Shown piece after piece: positions 8,705 through 18,722 of a stretch of DNA of 32,000 bases. The stretch spans positions 1-32,000 of the forward strand of contig CAYZSS010000001.1 of assembly GCA_964480435.1 (NCBI GenBank), in the 5' to 3' direction. Source of the stretch: an uncultured archaeon. GTDB taxonomy: Archaea; Iainarchaeota; Iainarchaeia; Iainarchaeales; 0-14-0-20-30-16. How positions within the stretch are numbered: the stretch's first letter is position 1; each line of letters starts with the position of its first letter. Made by a program: the position numbers and the translations under genes. The notes below the pieces were generated by a model. It had not been told where the DNA came from. It did not search any database and saw nothing but the letters and a program-made list of their open reading frames with translations.

Positions 8705-10606
8705 TTATCTAATTCTTACACATTCTAGATTCTTTGGAGAGGAAGCATTTATTCTATACTTTGAAGCAATAAACTTTGCAAAATCTATTGATCCTTCTCC
8801 TTCTCCGTGGTTTACTATTATTTTTTTAGGAGGATTAGACAAATTTCTAATATATGCCAGAAGCTGAGATCTATCACAGTGTCCTGAAAACCCTTCTACT
8901 GTATAAACTTCCATATTAATATCAATCTTCTTTAGTTTTGATTCACTATCAATAATAGCAACACTTTTCATGCCATTTTGAAGTTTCCTGCCTAATGAAC
9001 CTTCTCCCTGCCAACCAACAAAGACTATTGCTGATTTTTCATCAAAAGCCAGCCTATTAAAATACTCCACAGATGGCCCACCAGTCATCATTCCTGAAGT
9101 TGCTAATAAAATATTTCCTCTTTCATTAATTATTCTTTCTCTTTCTTCTCGAGACTCTACTTCCTTAAATAACTCTGAACTAAATGGAGAATTGTTTGTT
9201 AATATTCTTTTTTGCACCTGCTCTCTTAAATTTTCTGGATATGCAGAATGTATTGCATTTATTTCTCTAATAAGTCCATCAATATACACATTTTTTGCTT
9301 TTAATTGACCTAGCTTATAATAATTTTCAAGAACAAGCATTACTTCTTGGCTTCGTCCTACTGCAAAAACAGGGATTAGAACATTACCGCCACGCTCAAC
9401 AACTTTATTTATTAAATCAATTAATTCGGTTTCTGCATCCTGTCTTTTTGGCATTGGTGCCTGCTCTTTACCATAAGTACTTTCAATTATAAGAGATTCA
9501 ACTCTTGGATAATTAACTTCCGGAGGATTAAATAATCTAGTAAATCCAAATTTAATATCTCCAGAGTAAACAAGATTATGCGCTCCATCCCCTACATGCA
9601 CATGAACTGAAGAAGATCCCAAAATATGTGCTGCATTATACAAAGTAATTCTTATATCCGGGCTTACATCTGTAACTTCCCCATATTCTCTTGTTATAAC
9701 ATGCCTAAGTGTTTCATTAATATCTTTTATAGAATAAGGGGGTGTCCTTCCATCCTTTAGTAAAACATCAATATAATCCTTCTGTAAAACATACATAAGG
9801 TCTCTTGTAGCCGCAGTACAATAAACTGGACCAGTATACCCTGCCTTATACAAATATGGCAGAAATCCGCAGTGATCTAGGTGTGCGTGTGATATTATTA
9901 CAGCAGACAATTCAGAAATTGGGAAATTTATTGCATCAAGCATAGGAAATGCATCTTCATTATTTGCAGTATTAACTCCACAATCCAATAATATCTTTGA
10001 GTTTGCTGTTTCAAAAAGAGTACAACTTCTTCCTACTTCTCTATAGCCACCAAAAAAACACACTCTTATCCAATCTTTATTGCTACTTTTTTCTGAATAA
10101 ATGTCTTTTGCAGTATCCTTAAGAAACTGTTTTCTATCTCTTCCGTCCCCATAATATTCTTTTCTTATTATCGGGAGTATTTTGCTTTTCATCATTGCCC
10201 CTCTAAGAATATTAGGGGTCCACTTTGTTCTTTCTATTATTGCTTTTGTTGTTGAACCGCCTTTTCCAATTACTAATCCTGGTTTTAGCGCCTCAATTAT
10301 TACTTCTGAAAAATAAGCATCAAATATAATAGTGGATATTTGGGCGTCCTGAGGAATTAAAGATAATATTTCTTTTCTGGCTTCCCCAATTTCCATTAAA
10401 ACAGACTTATCTGCTCTAATATTTACTCTTTTTTTCAAAAGACCAGCCATTTTTGAAACATATGTTTCCTGCTTGTAAAATTCCTCTGGCTTTTTGGTAT
10501 ATACAGTAATATCAGGCCCTAAAAATTCAACTTTTGTGATTTCCACAGTACTGGGCAATGCTTCTCTAATAAGATCTAGAACTTTCTTTTCATCCACTGA
10601 TAACAC
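8705..10606 (-). CDS. fttA: aCPSF1/FttA: KH-domain beta-CASP metallo-beta-lactamase ribonuclease (archaeal transcription termination factor)
   Basis: 633 aa. N-terminal KH-like region (GLVIGKGGSTTKAI). MBL motif ISHAHLDHCG. The C-terminal beta-CASP region ends with a VNHGE-type motif (IIVNHGEGEG). Length and architecture are typical of archaeal CPSF1. Confidence 0.9.
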   Translation of the reverse strand: MLSVDEKKVLDLIREALPSTVEITKVEFLGPDITVYTKKPEEFYKQETYVSKMAGLLKKRVNIRADKSVLMEIGEARKEILSLIPQDAQISTIIFDAYFSEVIIEALKPGLVIGKGGSTTKAIIERTKWTPNILRGAMMKSKILPIIRKEYYGDGRDRKQFLKDTAKDIYSEKSSNKDWIRVCFFGGYREVGRSCTLFETANSKILLDCGVNTANNEDAFPMLDAINFPISELSAVIISHAHLDHCGFLPYLYKAGYTGPVYCTAATRDLMYVLQKDYIDVLLKDGRTPPYSIKDINETLRHVITREYGEVTDVSPDIRITLYNAAHILGSSSVHVHVGDGAHNLVYSGDIKFGFTRLFNPPEVNYPRVESLIIESTYGKEQAPMPKRQDAETELIDLINKVVERGGNVLIPVFAVGRSQEVMLVLENYYKLGQLKAKNVYIDGLIREINAIHSAYPENLREQVQKRILTNNSPFSSELFKEVESREERERIINERGNILLATSGMMTGGPSVEYFNRLAFDEKSAIVFVGWQGEGSLGRKLQNGMKSVAIIDSESKLKKIDINMEVYTVEGFSGHCDRSQLLAYIRNLSNPPKKIIVNHGEGEGSIDFAKFIASKYRINASSPKNLECVRIR

Positions 10607-10634
10607 CTAGTAATTAAAAAATTAGAATAAAATT

Positions 10635-11249
10635 TTAATCTAAACTTCCTTCTTCTAAATTGTTTTTTTCTATAATAATATAATCGATACCGTCTCCACC
10701 AGTATAAATATCTTTTTTCTTTGAAGAGTTTATTGCTTTTTCTATTTGTTCCAATGCTTGTTTTTTGTTAAATTTATCCGAATAGTGTTGCTCTAAATAA
10801 CCTATTGCAAACATAGACCCTGAACCAAAAGCATTGTATCTGTCTACGGACTCTGCACCACCAACCATATCAACATCATATAGTTCTGGTTTTTTGTCAT
10901 AACCCCCAATTAAAAAGAACGCCATAAAAGGGTGATAACGTGCATAATTAAGTAGATTTGAAACATAGCAAGAAATTGCGCTAGTACTCATATTTTTTTC
11001 TCTTTCTGTCTCATATAACCTTACCTGACCATCAAGCAATCTTACTATTTTCTGGGCATCCCCTAATCCACCCGCAAAACTTATCACAAATTTGTCAGCA
11101 ATTTTAAATACTTTCTTAGCATTAGTATTTCCTACTACGTTTCCATATGTACTCTGACGATCGGAAGCAAGAATAATAAAATCTTTTCCTTTCCAACCAA
11201 CAATCGTTGTACCTGTTTTCCCAATAGAGTTTTTATCCATTATGTCCAC
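10635..11249 (-). CDS. psmB: proteasome beta subunit
   Basis: Short propeptide followed by the active-site GTTIVG motif, with Ntn-hydrolase features (ASDRQ, GSGS). GTG start with SD GAGGTG 5 nt upstream. Confidence 0.9.
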   Translation of the reverse strand: MDIMDKNSIGKTGTTIVGWKGKDFIILASDRQSTYGNVVGNTNAKKVFKIADKFVISFAGGLGDAQKIVRLLDGQVRLYETEREKNMSTSAISCYVSNLLNYARYHPFMAFFLIGGYDKKPELYDVDMVGGAESVDRYNAFGSGSMFAIGYLEQHYSDKFNKKQALEQIEKAINSSKKKDIYTGGDGIDYIIIEKNNLEEGSLD

Positions 11250-11326
11250 TAGAACACCTCTAAGAATTTAATAAAAATAGTATAATACCTTTGGGATACA
11301 AAAACTATATAAAGGTATGGCTGGAT

Positions 11327-12346
11327 TCAGTATATCCTTACTACTCTTGTATCTTTATCGAAATCTATTTTCTTATTAAATAACTTTTCACAAACTATCT
11401 TTGCGCAACTAAATTTATCGCTTATTTTATTTATTACAAACTCTGATTCTTTTGTTATACAGAAAAAAGGTAAAAGGCTTGCTGCATTTTCAGAGTCAAT
11501 ACTAAAATCTTTAGATAAATAACCAACTATTTTATCCCCTGCTTCTTTTCCAATCAGGGGTACTGTTTTTTTAACACCGCTTGCACAACCGCACAAAGTA
11601 ATATTATCATAATATGCCACTAAAGCCATACTTGCTCCTTTGTTTCTTGCCTGATTCTCAAGATATTTATTTTCTTCTAAAATGAATTTTATCTTTCTTC
11701 CGGTTTGAAGAAGTCTTTGCCTGGCATAAGAATAAATTTCATCATTAACATGTGTTTTATAGCCAGTAGTACAAATGTGCGCTTTTATTGCATCTAAATC
11801 CCCTGAGGTTTTTACTTTATAGTTTTTTGGCAGCGCAGTAGAATTATTAGTCAATATTAAAGAGCCTTCTTCTTCAAAACCCTTGTTTATAATATCTAAA
11901 TCATATTTTAAACCCATTTTTTCAAGATAGCTAAAAGTACTATATTTTATAAATTCAGGAGGTGTCAAGTTATCAAAATCAGTAGGCCCAATAAACCTAA
12001 TTCTTGTTTTTTCTCCCAAACAAACCAAAGCGGCGGGCAAGATTATTTCTGAAATAGAAATGGTATTTTTTACTTTTACAATTTTGTTTCCGCTAACTAT
12101 TTCCTTAGGTGTTATTTCTAATTCAGTACTTTTTTTTTCAAAACCTTTAACATCCAAATTACCTATATTGGCAATTACACCACCATAGAGAATGTCTCGC
12201 CAACGCATTCCTTCAGGATCTTCATTTTTTCTAAAATTAATTATTTTAACGGGTACTTTTAAGTACGAAGAAATAGCCAACGTTTGCCTTAGGGCAAAAC
12301 CTTGCTTTTTTATTTCAATAAAATCAATCTCTATTTGTTTGTTCAT
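11327..12346 (-). CDS. RNA 3'-terminal phosphate cyclase (RtcA/Rcl1) family protein, highly diverged
   Basis: 339 aa. The N-terminus IEIDF...ALRQTLAISSYLKVPVKIINFR parallels RtcA IDGS..GEGGGQ.LR.A.ALS...G.PV.I.NIR. The C-terminal DSENAASLLPFF parallels the RtcA catalytic-His motif E-H-LADQLLP. Several conserved motifs are degenerate. Confidence 0.55.
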   Translation of the reverse strand: MNKQIEIDFIEIKKQGFALRQTLAISSYLKVPVKIINFRKNEDPEGMRWRDILYGGVIANIGNLDVKGFEKKSTELEITPKEIVSGNKIVKVKNTISISEIILPAALVCLGEKTRIRFIGPTDFDNLTPPEFIKYSTFSYLEKMGLKYDLDIINKGFEEEGSLILTNNSTALPKNYKVKTSGDLDAIKAHICTTGYKTHVNDEIYSYARQRLLQTGRKIKFILEENKYLENQARNKGASMALVAYYDNITLCGCASGVKKTVPLIGKEAGDKIVGYLSKDFSIDSENAASLLPFFCITKESEFVINKISDKFSCAKIVCEKLFNKKIDFDKDTRVVRIY

Positions 12347-12385
12347 GTAAGTCCCTGATTTTTATAGTTTTTGATACATTTTTTG

Positions 12386-12422
12386 AAAAAATCTATCGTA
12401 TAAGATACGAGGAGAGATCTCT
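12386..12422 (-). terminator. candidate terminator region downstream of DNA ligase (two palindromes + T6)
   Basis: Immediately after the ligase stop on the minus strand: perfect palindrome AGAGATCTCT (12413-12422), then hairpin TCGTAT-CTT-ATACGA (12396-12410), then TAGA and TTTTTT (12386-12391). Confidence 0.3.
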
Positions 12423-12424
12423 TT

Positions 12425-14227
12425 TTAATATTTACCTAGTGTAAATAAGTTTTTTACATCATTTGCTTTATCCGCTCTTTCAGGATTCTTATCCGGTCTA
12501 AATTTTATAAGTCTTGGAAATCTTAGAGCCAAACCGCCAATTTCTCTTTTGGCGCAAGTATGTATTGGACTCTTAGTAATCTCGTCATATAAAACTTCAA
12601 CAACATATTTGGGGGAAACCCAAAAATCCGGTTCTAATTCAGAGTCATAATCCATTGGCTTAGTTTTTTTACTTATTTTTTCAAGCACATCTTTAAATTC
12701 TTCAAGCCCTGCATCTGTTAATCCAGAACCTACTTTTGCAATTGTTTGATACTTTTCTTCATCATCATTGTAGCAACCCACCAATAGGGCCCCAATACCA
12801 AATTTTGATCTTTGGCCTTTTCCTAAAAAATAACCAAGAATAACTAAATCTAAACTATCAATAGTTTTTGAATTATAGGACTTCTTATATTTTACCCAAG
12901 CAAACTTTCGTGCCCCAGCAGTATAATTTGCTGCAGGATCTTTTAACATAATTCCTTCATTTCCATCAGCAGTTACTAAATCAAAATAAGCCCTTATTTC
13001 TTTAGGGTCATCAGAAAATATGAACTTTGGAAATGCAAGGTTCTCATTTTCAACCATTGTTTCTTTTAAAATCTTTCTTCTATCTACAAATGACAAATCT
13101 ATTAAACTTTTTTTCAAATACATAATATCAAAAACAATCATCCTCAAAGGAATTTCTTTTGATACTTCTGAGATATCATATTTTCTTTTTCTTTTTATTG
13201 TTACTTGAAATGGATAATATTTTTTTTCTTTTTTATTATATCCTATTGCCTCACATTCAAAAATAATTGGATATTTTTTCACATTCTCTTTTATTGTTTT
13301 TACCACGTCAGGAAAAATATCACTCATATCCTCTAAATTTCTTGTAAAAAGTTTTACATTTTCCCCATCATAATGGCATTGTAACCTGAACCCGTCGTAT
13401 TTTGGTTCAACAACACATTTACCTAATTTTTCAACAATTTTTTCTATTGTTGGAAGTCTTTCTGCAAGAGCAGGAAGAACAGGAACAAAAGGAGTTACAT
13501 CAATTTCATCTAAACCTTTTACCCCATTTATAAAAAGTTTTTTTGCTATACTTCCCAAATCAGGATATATATTGTATTTTGATTCTATCCTGGTTTTTAT
13601 ATCATAACGAAAATACCTGTCTGCCTCAGCCCCGTATTTATCTACAAACACATGGTATTCTCTTTTATTTCCTGTTTTATAAGCCTCTAAAAAATACAGA
13701 GACAGGGCATCAATAATTGTAGAATTTGATAAACCAATGCGCATATTTTTTTCTGCAATCCGCACAATATATTTTGCTTCAATTGGAGAAGAATTGTTGA
13801 TTAAATTAATCAGATAATTCATTTTTTCATCTATTGCACCCTTCCCTTCTGCAACAGCCATTTTTTCAAATAAATTGTATACCTCAAACAAATCCTTTTT
13901 TTTTGAAAATAAGTTTCTTTGGTATTTTGAACCCATTACTTTTTCAGCAGTTAAACCTAAATCACCCAACTTTTTGTACTCGTCTTCAACCTGCTCTTTC
14001 TCTTTTCCAGTTGATTTGGATAGAGCAACAAGAATAGTTTTTTCTGCAATACCAAGATCAAGAGATTTATATTTTGCTCCAAATTGTCCAAGAAGAAGAT
14101 AAATTATAGTGTCTATTTCATTACTATCCGTTTTTTTGAAAATGTTTTCAATTTGGCACATCATTTTTAATCTTGATGGTTCTTGCTCTAAATTAGACAA
14201 ATCGTTCGCAAACTCAGAAAATAACAT
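12425..14227 (-). CDS. lig: ATP-dependent DNA ligase
   Basis: 600 aa. Adenylation motif I VEPKYDGFR (KxDG). Also motifs EGIMLK and WVKYK, plus an OB-fold C-terminal region. Confidence 0.92.
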   Translation of the reverse strand: MLFSEFANDLSNLEQEPSRLKMMCQIENIFKKTDSNEIDTIIYLLLGQFGAKYKSLDLGIAEKTILVALSKSTGKEKEQVEDEYKKLGDLGLTAEKVMGSKYQRNLFSKKKDLFEVYNLFEKMAVAEGKGAIDEKMNYLINLINNSSPIEAKYIVRIAEKNMRIGLSNSTIIDALSLYFLEAYKTGNKREYHVFVDKYGAEADRYFRYDIKTRIESKYNIYPDLGSIAKKLFINGVKGLDEIDVTPFVPVLPALAERLPTIEKIVEKLGKCVVEPKYDGFRLQCHYDGENVKLFTRNLEDMSDIFPDVVKTIKENVKKYPIIFECEAIGYNKKEKKYYPFQVTIKRKRKYDISEVSKEIPLRMIVFDIMYLKKSLIDLSFVDRRKILKETMVENENLAFPKFIFSDDPKEIRAYFDLVTADGNEGIMLKDPAANYTAGARKFAWVKYKKSYNSKTIDSLDLVILGYFLGKGQRSKFGIGALLVGCYNDDEEKYQTIAKVGSGLTDAGLEEFKDVLEKISKKTKPMDYDSELEPDFWVSPKYVVEVLYDEITKSPIHTCAKREIGGLALRFPRLIKFRPDKNPERADKANDVKNLFTLGKY

Positions 14228-14322
14228 AATATAATAAGGGTGAGAGAGATATAAATTAGTTACGAAATAATCAACAAGGCAAGTACTTAAAAAATTAATA
14301 ATTTAAAAAGCCTCAAATAAAA

Positions 14323-14796
14323 TCAAGGCATTTCAAAATTTAACTCATCAAAGGCAACTTCCTCACAATCACCCATTACTTTTGCCTCGGTCAACCAGTT
14401 AGATAATATAGTTGAAAAACCCCCTGCCTCGATTACTGAACTGCATTGTGGAGCAACCCCGCTCAACTTATCCCAAGAACAAAAAAAATCTAAATCGATT
14501 CTCATTTTAGTCCAGCTTCCAGGAACAGACGCCTTCATTACTGCTACATCTTTTGCAAAATAATATTCATATATTACTTCACCCAAAGTAGCATAACAAT
14601 AAGTAGCTTGTGGATTTTCGCTCTGCTCAACTTCTAAACTATTATTTAATTCCAGCGGAGTTTGGTTTTCAAGACCAGAAGAATCTCCAAAAAGAGAATT
14701 GCTTGGATCAGTAGTATCTTTGTTTGAAACACACCCAGAAAAAACAAATAACAAAATTACAAACAAACCTAAAACTAATGAATTACTTTTATTCAT
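14323..14796 (-). CDS. putative secreted lipoprotein, cysteine-containing, unknown function
   Basis: Signal peptide MNKSNSLVLGLFVILLFVFSGC with a lipobox-like FSGC. The ATG at 14796 has SD GGTGAT 3 nt upstream; the ORF track's TTG at 14811 is probably too far upstream. Confidence 0.5.
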   Translation of the reverse strand: MNKSNSLVLGLFVILLFVFSGCVSNKDTTDPSNSLFGDSSGLENQTPLELNNSLEVEQSENPQATYCYATLGEVIYEYYFAKDVAVMKASVPGSWTKMRIDLDFFCSWDKLSGVAPQCSSVIEAGGFSTILSNWLTEAKVMGDCEEVAFDELNFEMP

Positions 14797-14837
14797 GAAA
14801 TCACCAACCAATTAAAAATACCTAAAAATACTAATTA

Positions 14838-15434
14838 TTACATTATATAAAATAAAGCAAATAACCCAATAAAAACTAACAACAATATAAGCCATACAGC
14901 TTTATTCCAAACTAAAACCTTATAACCATCTAAAGGCCCAATTGGAAGTAAATTAAATAATCCTAAAAATAAATTAACGGATATTACTGTGAAAACTATT
15001 GAAGTAATCAAAGGGTTATTATAAAATGAAAATAAAATAAATCCAACAATAAAGAAAATAATTGCAATTACTAAATTAGATAGAGGGCCTGCAACAGAAA
15101 TAATACCATTCTCTTTTCTGGAAAGGTCTTTACCCCAAATATATACTGCTCCAGGAGCTGCAAAAACAAAACCCCCTCCTGTTGCAAGGGAAAGAACCAC
15201 AGCAAATAATAACCCAGAAGGCCACATAACAAACCTTGCCTTTGCGTGATAATAAATTGCAACAAATTTATGTGCTAATTCATGAAATATAAAACCTGTG
15301 CCTGCTGCTAAAAGAACTACAGGCAAATTAAATATAAAAACTTGATAATTAGAGAATCCTCTCCAAGCAAAAGCCAGACTAATAACTAGCCATGCAATAA
15401 AAATATGTAATAATTCTTGCTTTGTAATCTGCAT
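14838..15434 (-). CDS. M50 (site-2 protease) family membrane metalloprotease
   Basis: Polytopic membrane protein with HELAH (FIFHELAHKF) and the second zinc-ligand motif NLLPIGPLDG. Confidence 0.8.
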   Translation of the reverse strand: MQITKQELLHIFIAWLVISLAFAWRGFSNYQVFIFNLPVVLLAAGTGFIFHELAHKFVAIYYHAKARFVMWPSGLLFAVVLSLATGGGFVFAAPGAVYIWGKDLSRKENGIISVAGPLSNLVIAIIFFIVGFILFSFYNNPLITSIVFTVISVNLFLGLFNLLPIGPLDGYKVLVWNKAVWLILLLVFIGLFALFYIM

Positions 15435-15457
15435 AAATAATAAAGGGAAAAAATAGT

Positions 15458-16342
15458 TTATATATTGATTGTTTTACTTTGCTCAACCAAAGCAACTTTT
15501 TGTCCTTTCTGCCTAAGCCAAACAGTTACTCTAAAGACACCTTTTGAACGTAAATGTTTGTAAAGCGAGATTGTTTTTACTATTTTTTCTTTGGAATTTA
15601 ATATTGTTTTTACAGGCAAATTATCCAATTCAATTCTACGGTTATTATTTTCTATTACAATATCACAAACAACATTATGCAAAGGTTCTGCAATTATATT
15701 TTGAACATTAAAAGTTAGCTCTTCAATTTGGGCTACTTCAGGATAACCAACATGTCTTGTTTTTATATTCTTTATATCAAAGTCAACAAGTTGAGAATAA
15801 TCAAATTCAGGTTTTTGTAATAATTCGATTACTGCGTCTTTTTTTGCCAGGTCTAGCCTTGCTTCTTTTAGTTTCTGTTCAAGAACTATTAATTTGTCAT
15901 TCAAATGAGCTGTTTCAGTATTTAAACCATATCCTAATTGGTGTCTTAGTTCTCTTAAAGTATCATCTTTTTGTAATAACAAGTGCTCTAAATCTTTTAC
16001 CGCCAGTTGCTTTTCAGCAAGTTCAATTTCTATTTGCTTTTTTTTTGCACCCATGTGCATCATTTTTTTGTTTTTATCGCTTAACCTACGTTCAGTTTTG
16101 TGTATCAATTTTTTATGCTTAGAAATTTCTTTTTTGGTTGCTGCGTTAGAGTCCATATATTGTTGATTCTTTTCTGCAAGTCTTACCTTCAATTTATTCT
16201 GTTCTTTATTAGTTAAATCAGAATCTTGCTGTTCAAAAGTATTTATTTTTGAAACTTCAGTCAACAATTTAGACTTTGCTTTTTGTATTTTTTCTAAGTT
16301 TTCTCTAGATTTTTCATCCCGCGGATTAATCATAAACATCAC
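15458..16342 (-). CDS. coiled-coil protein with C-terminal beta-rich domain, unknown function
   Basis: About 190 aa of K/E/Q/L-rich heptad-like sequence, then a hydrophobic/beta-like domain of about 100 aa. I recognise no family. The start could be the ATG at 16339. Confidence 0.5.
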   Translation of the reverse strand: MMFMINPRDEKSRENLEKIQKAKSKLLTEVSKINTFEQQDSDLTNKEQNKLKVRLAEKNQQYMDSNAATKKEISKHKKLIHKTERRLSDKNKKMMHMGAKKKQIEIELAEKQLAVKDLEHLLLQKDDTLRELRHQLGYGLNTETAHLNDKLIVLEQKLKEARLDLAKKDAVIELLQKPEFDYSQLVDFDIKNIKTRHVGYPEVAQIEELTFNVQNIIAEPLHNVVCDIVIENNNRRIELDNLPVKTILNSKEKIVKTISLYKHLRSKGVFRVTVWLRQKGQKVALVEQSKTINI

Positions 16343-16390
16343 TAAAGGTTATAAAATATATATAGTCTCTAAAATATATAAAGTTATGTA

Positions 16391-17758
16391 TTAAATATTA
16401 AGATTTTGATCTTGAATATAGCACAGACCCTTGCTAAGGGCTATTTCAGCATTTCGTAGTTCCCCACCCAAGTAAAAGGCATGAGCTAGCTGAGATACAG
16501 AGAAGTCAAGTACTAATTGATTATATACCTCTTTTGCAGACAAACCAGAATAGATTTTTATAGGCTGACCACTATTATCAAGATATTTTGCATAAATCTT
16601 GTCTTTTACTTCTATAAAAAAATAACCCCGCGGATCAGGGGTACAATCTAATTCTAATCCTTTTTTTATTATTTCTTCCGCTGAATTTAAGTCATTATAA
16701 TAAATGTGCGCAGAACTGCTTATTGTTGTTAAATTTCCAACGTTTAAGCCAACCTCTTTGGCAGCCCTTTCCAATATTTTTTGTAATCCAAAAGTATTCA
16801 AAAGATAACCTCCAAAAAGATCGTGGGATCTAAAATAAGCAGTTAAATATAAAGAGTCATTTTGAACAAGAAATTGTGCAGAGGTAAGACAAGGAGGCAA
16901 AGAAGATTTTGAATCTTTTAATGGGTCCCAAAGAGTTAAAAAAATTCTTCTGCTCTCTTTAGATTTTTTTAATTCATTTATCGCCCACTCAATTTGATCA
17001 AATCCAAAATGATTACAAAGCCTTTGGCCATAAGTATATTCAACAGATTTTATTTGTTTTCCTGTCCCAATCTGGGCCTCATAATCCTGAATTTGTTTTT
17101 TTGTTATTTTTAAATAAGCAGGAATATTTCTTTCTTCACTTTCTGTTGTAACTATCATTAAATTAACTATTTCTAAAGAGCCAATACCATACTGTGTTTT
17201 TTTCTCTACACCGTATTCTTTAATTAATTTTAATGCTTTTAGCCAAGCACTAGAAATATTTTTTTCATGAATTAAAAAGCCCGCATTTTCACTTGGCCTT
17301 TTTGCATTACAAGTCTCTTTTACTTTTATTTCCTTTGCATCCCCATACGATTCTTTTTTTTCAAGAGAATTAATTTTATTTTGAATTTCGTTTAAATCAG
17401 TAACACCAATTAGATCTATAATTTCCACATTAGAAATAATTTTATCCAACTCTCCAGAGGAAATATCATTTGCAATTAAATCATAATTTTTAGAAAAAAT
17501 ATTTTTTATTAGTTCCCCCGAACCAGACAAATCCACCCCACATAAAATAAGACTTCTTATGTTGGTGTTTCCAGCTAAATTCCTCAAAATATATTTTACA
17601 CCTTCCAAAGAATAGCAAGTACCAATTGTGTTGCAGTTAAGATTAGAGAACAAATCTTTTTTAGACCAAAGAGTAACCACCCCTACATTATGGACCGGAT
17701 TTTTTACCAACAGTAAATCTTTAAAGTAAAGAGGCCAGTTTTCAAGAAGTGATAGCAT
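16391..17758 (-). CDS. thyA: thymidylate synthase (ThyA-fold) fused to an MtrA-like N-terminal domain and a DUF4346-like C-terminal domain
   Basis: ThyA core motifs: RRIFLTLWDP...LPPCLTSAQFLV...LYLTAYFRSHDLFGG, compared with RR.I.SAWNP...PPCH..FQF...LYQRS.D..LG. The catalytic Cys is retained. The N-terminal VGVVTLWS...NTNIRSLILCG pattern is MtrA-like. The C-terminal PDPRGYFFI...HAFYLGGELRNAEIAL...YIQDQ pattern is DUF4346-like. Confidence 0.75.
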   Translation of the reverse strand: MLSLLENWPLYFKDLLLVKNPVHNVGVVTLWSKKDLFSNLNCNTIGTCYSLEGVKYILRNLAGNTNIRSLILCGVDLSGSGELIKNIFSKNYDLIANDISSGELDKIISNVEIIDLIGVTDLNEIQNKINSLEKKESYGDAKEIKVKETCNAKRPSENAGFLIHEKNISSAWLKALKLIKEYGVEKKTQYGIGSLEIVNLMIVTTESEERNIPAYLKITKKQIQDYEAQIGTGKQIKSVEYTYGQRLCNHFGFDQIEWAINELKKSKESRRIFLTLWDPLKDSKSSLPPCLTSAQFLVQNDSLYLTAYFRSHDLFGGYLLNTFGLQKILERAAKEVGLNVGNLTTISSSAHIYYNDLNSAEEIIKKGLELDCTPDPRGYFFIEVKDKIYAKYLDNSGQPIKIYSGLSAKEVYNQLVLDFSVSQLAHAFYLGGELRNAEIALSKGLCYIQDQNLNI

Positions 17759-17807
17759 ATAATAATAAGAGAAAAGGATTATTTATTCTTATTGGAGCAG
17801 ATTTTGT

Positions 17808-18713
17808 TTACAGCATACCCGCAAGCATTATTTGGGTAATATACTTTGCTAAAAAGAATATAATAAATCCAACAAACACAAATATCGGAAAGTACAATAA
17901 TCCTTTTGTGGCATCTTTGTCTCGCATATAAGCAATAATAAAACTGGAAATTACTGACTCAAAGAAAAGATAAAACAATAAAACATTGTAAATTATTTCT
18001 CCAGATGCAATAGCATCAGCTATCTCTTTTGCGGATTCTACTATTCCTGTACTTGTGGAAACACTAACTAAAAAAGATATTAAAGTATTTACTAGTCCAA
18101 AAATTGCAGGAGCAATCATTGACCCAGCAGCAACAATAAATAATACCTGCATAGTTGTTTTTGCTTTTCTTTCCTGTTGCATTTTATACAAGTTTCTTGC
18201 ATCTTCTGAAATTTCATCAAGAACCTCAGATAACCCAGCCCCTGCCCTTACTGAATCTATTATTATAGTTATTACTTTTCTTATTAAACTTGAATCAACA
18301 TTCTCATTTATTGATAATAAAGCATCTTCAAAATTTGCACCATCTTCTAATCTTCTCAATACTTTCTGTAGTTCTTTTGTTAGTGGGCCATAATCGATCA
18401 AGGTAATTTCCCTCAAAGCATATTCGTAAGTTCCACCGCTTTTTAGAATATCACTCATTTCCCTCAGAGCAGAAGGAAAGTGTTTCTCTATTAATTCTGT
18501 TCTTTTGTTTTCACGATAAATTGGAGCACTAATTATTATATCTCCAACAGCAATTACTGCCACAGCAGCAAAAACATAATTATCAAATAAAAGGGCAACT
18601 AAAACACCAGCAACCAAACCAAATAAAATAGCAGTAACAATCCAAGCAACTGGTGACAATCTTATGTTATTTCTTTCCAATATTTTTTCATACTTCAATA
18701 ACATATTGCTCAT
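17808..18713 (-). CDS. type IV pilus platform protein, single T2SSF domain (TadC/EpdK-like)
   Basis: 301 aa. N-terminal TM, then a cytoplasmic T2SSF-like helical domain (FPSALREMSDILKSGGTYEYAL...FEDALLSI...IDSVRAGAGLSEVLDEIS), then 3 C-terminal TMs. SD AGGTG lies 6 nt upstream. Confidence 0.8.
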   Translation of the reverse strand: MSNMLLKYEKILERNNIRLSPVAWIVTAILFGLVAGVLVALLFDNYVFAAVAVIAVGDIIISAPIYRENKRTELIEKHFPSALREMSDILKSGGTYEYALREITLIDYGPLTKELQKVLRRLEDGANFEDALLSINENVDSSLIRKVITIIIDSVRAGAGLSEVLDEISEDARNLYKMQQERKAKTTMQVLFIVAAGSMIAPAIFGLVNTLISFLVSVSTSTGIVESAKEIADAIASGEIIYNVLLFYLFFESVISSFIIAYMRDKDATKGLLYFPIFVFVGFIIFFLAKYITQIMLAGML

Positions 18714-18722
18714 AATCTACAC

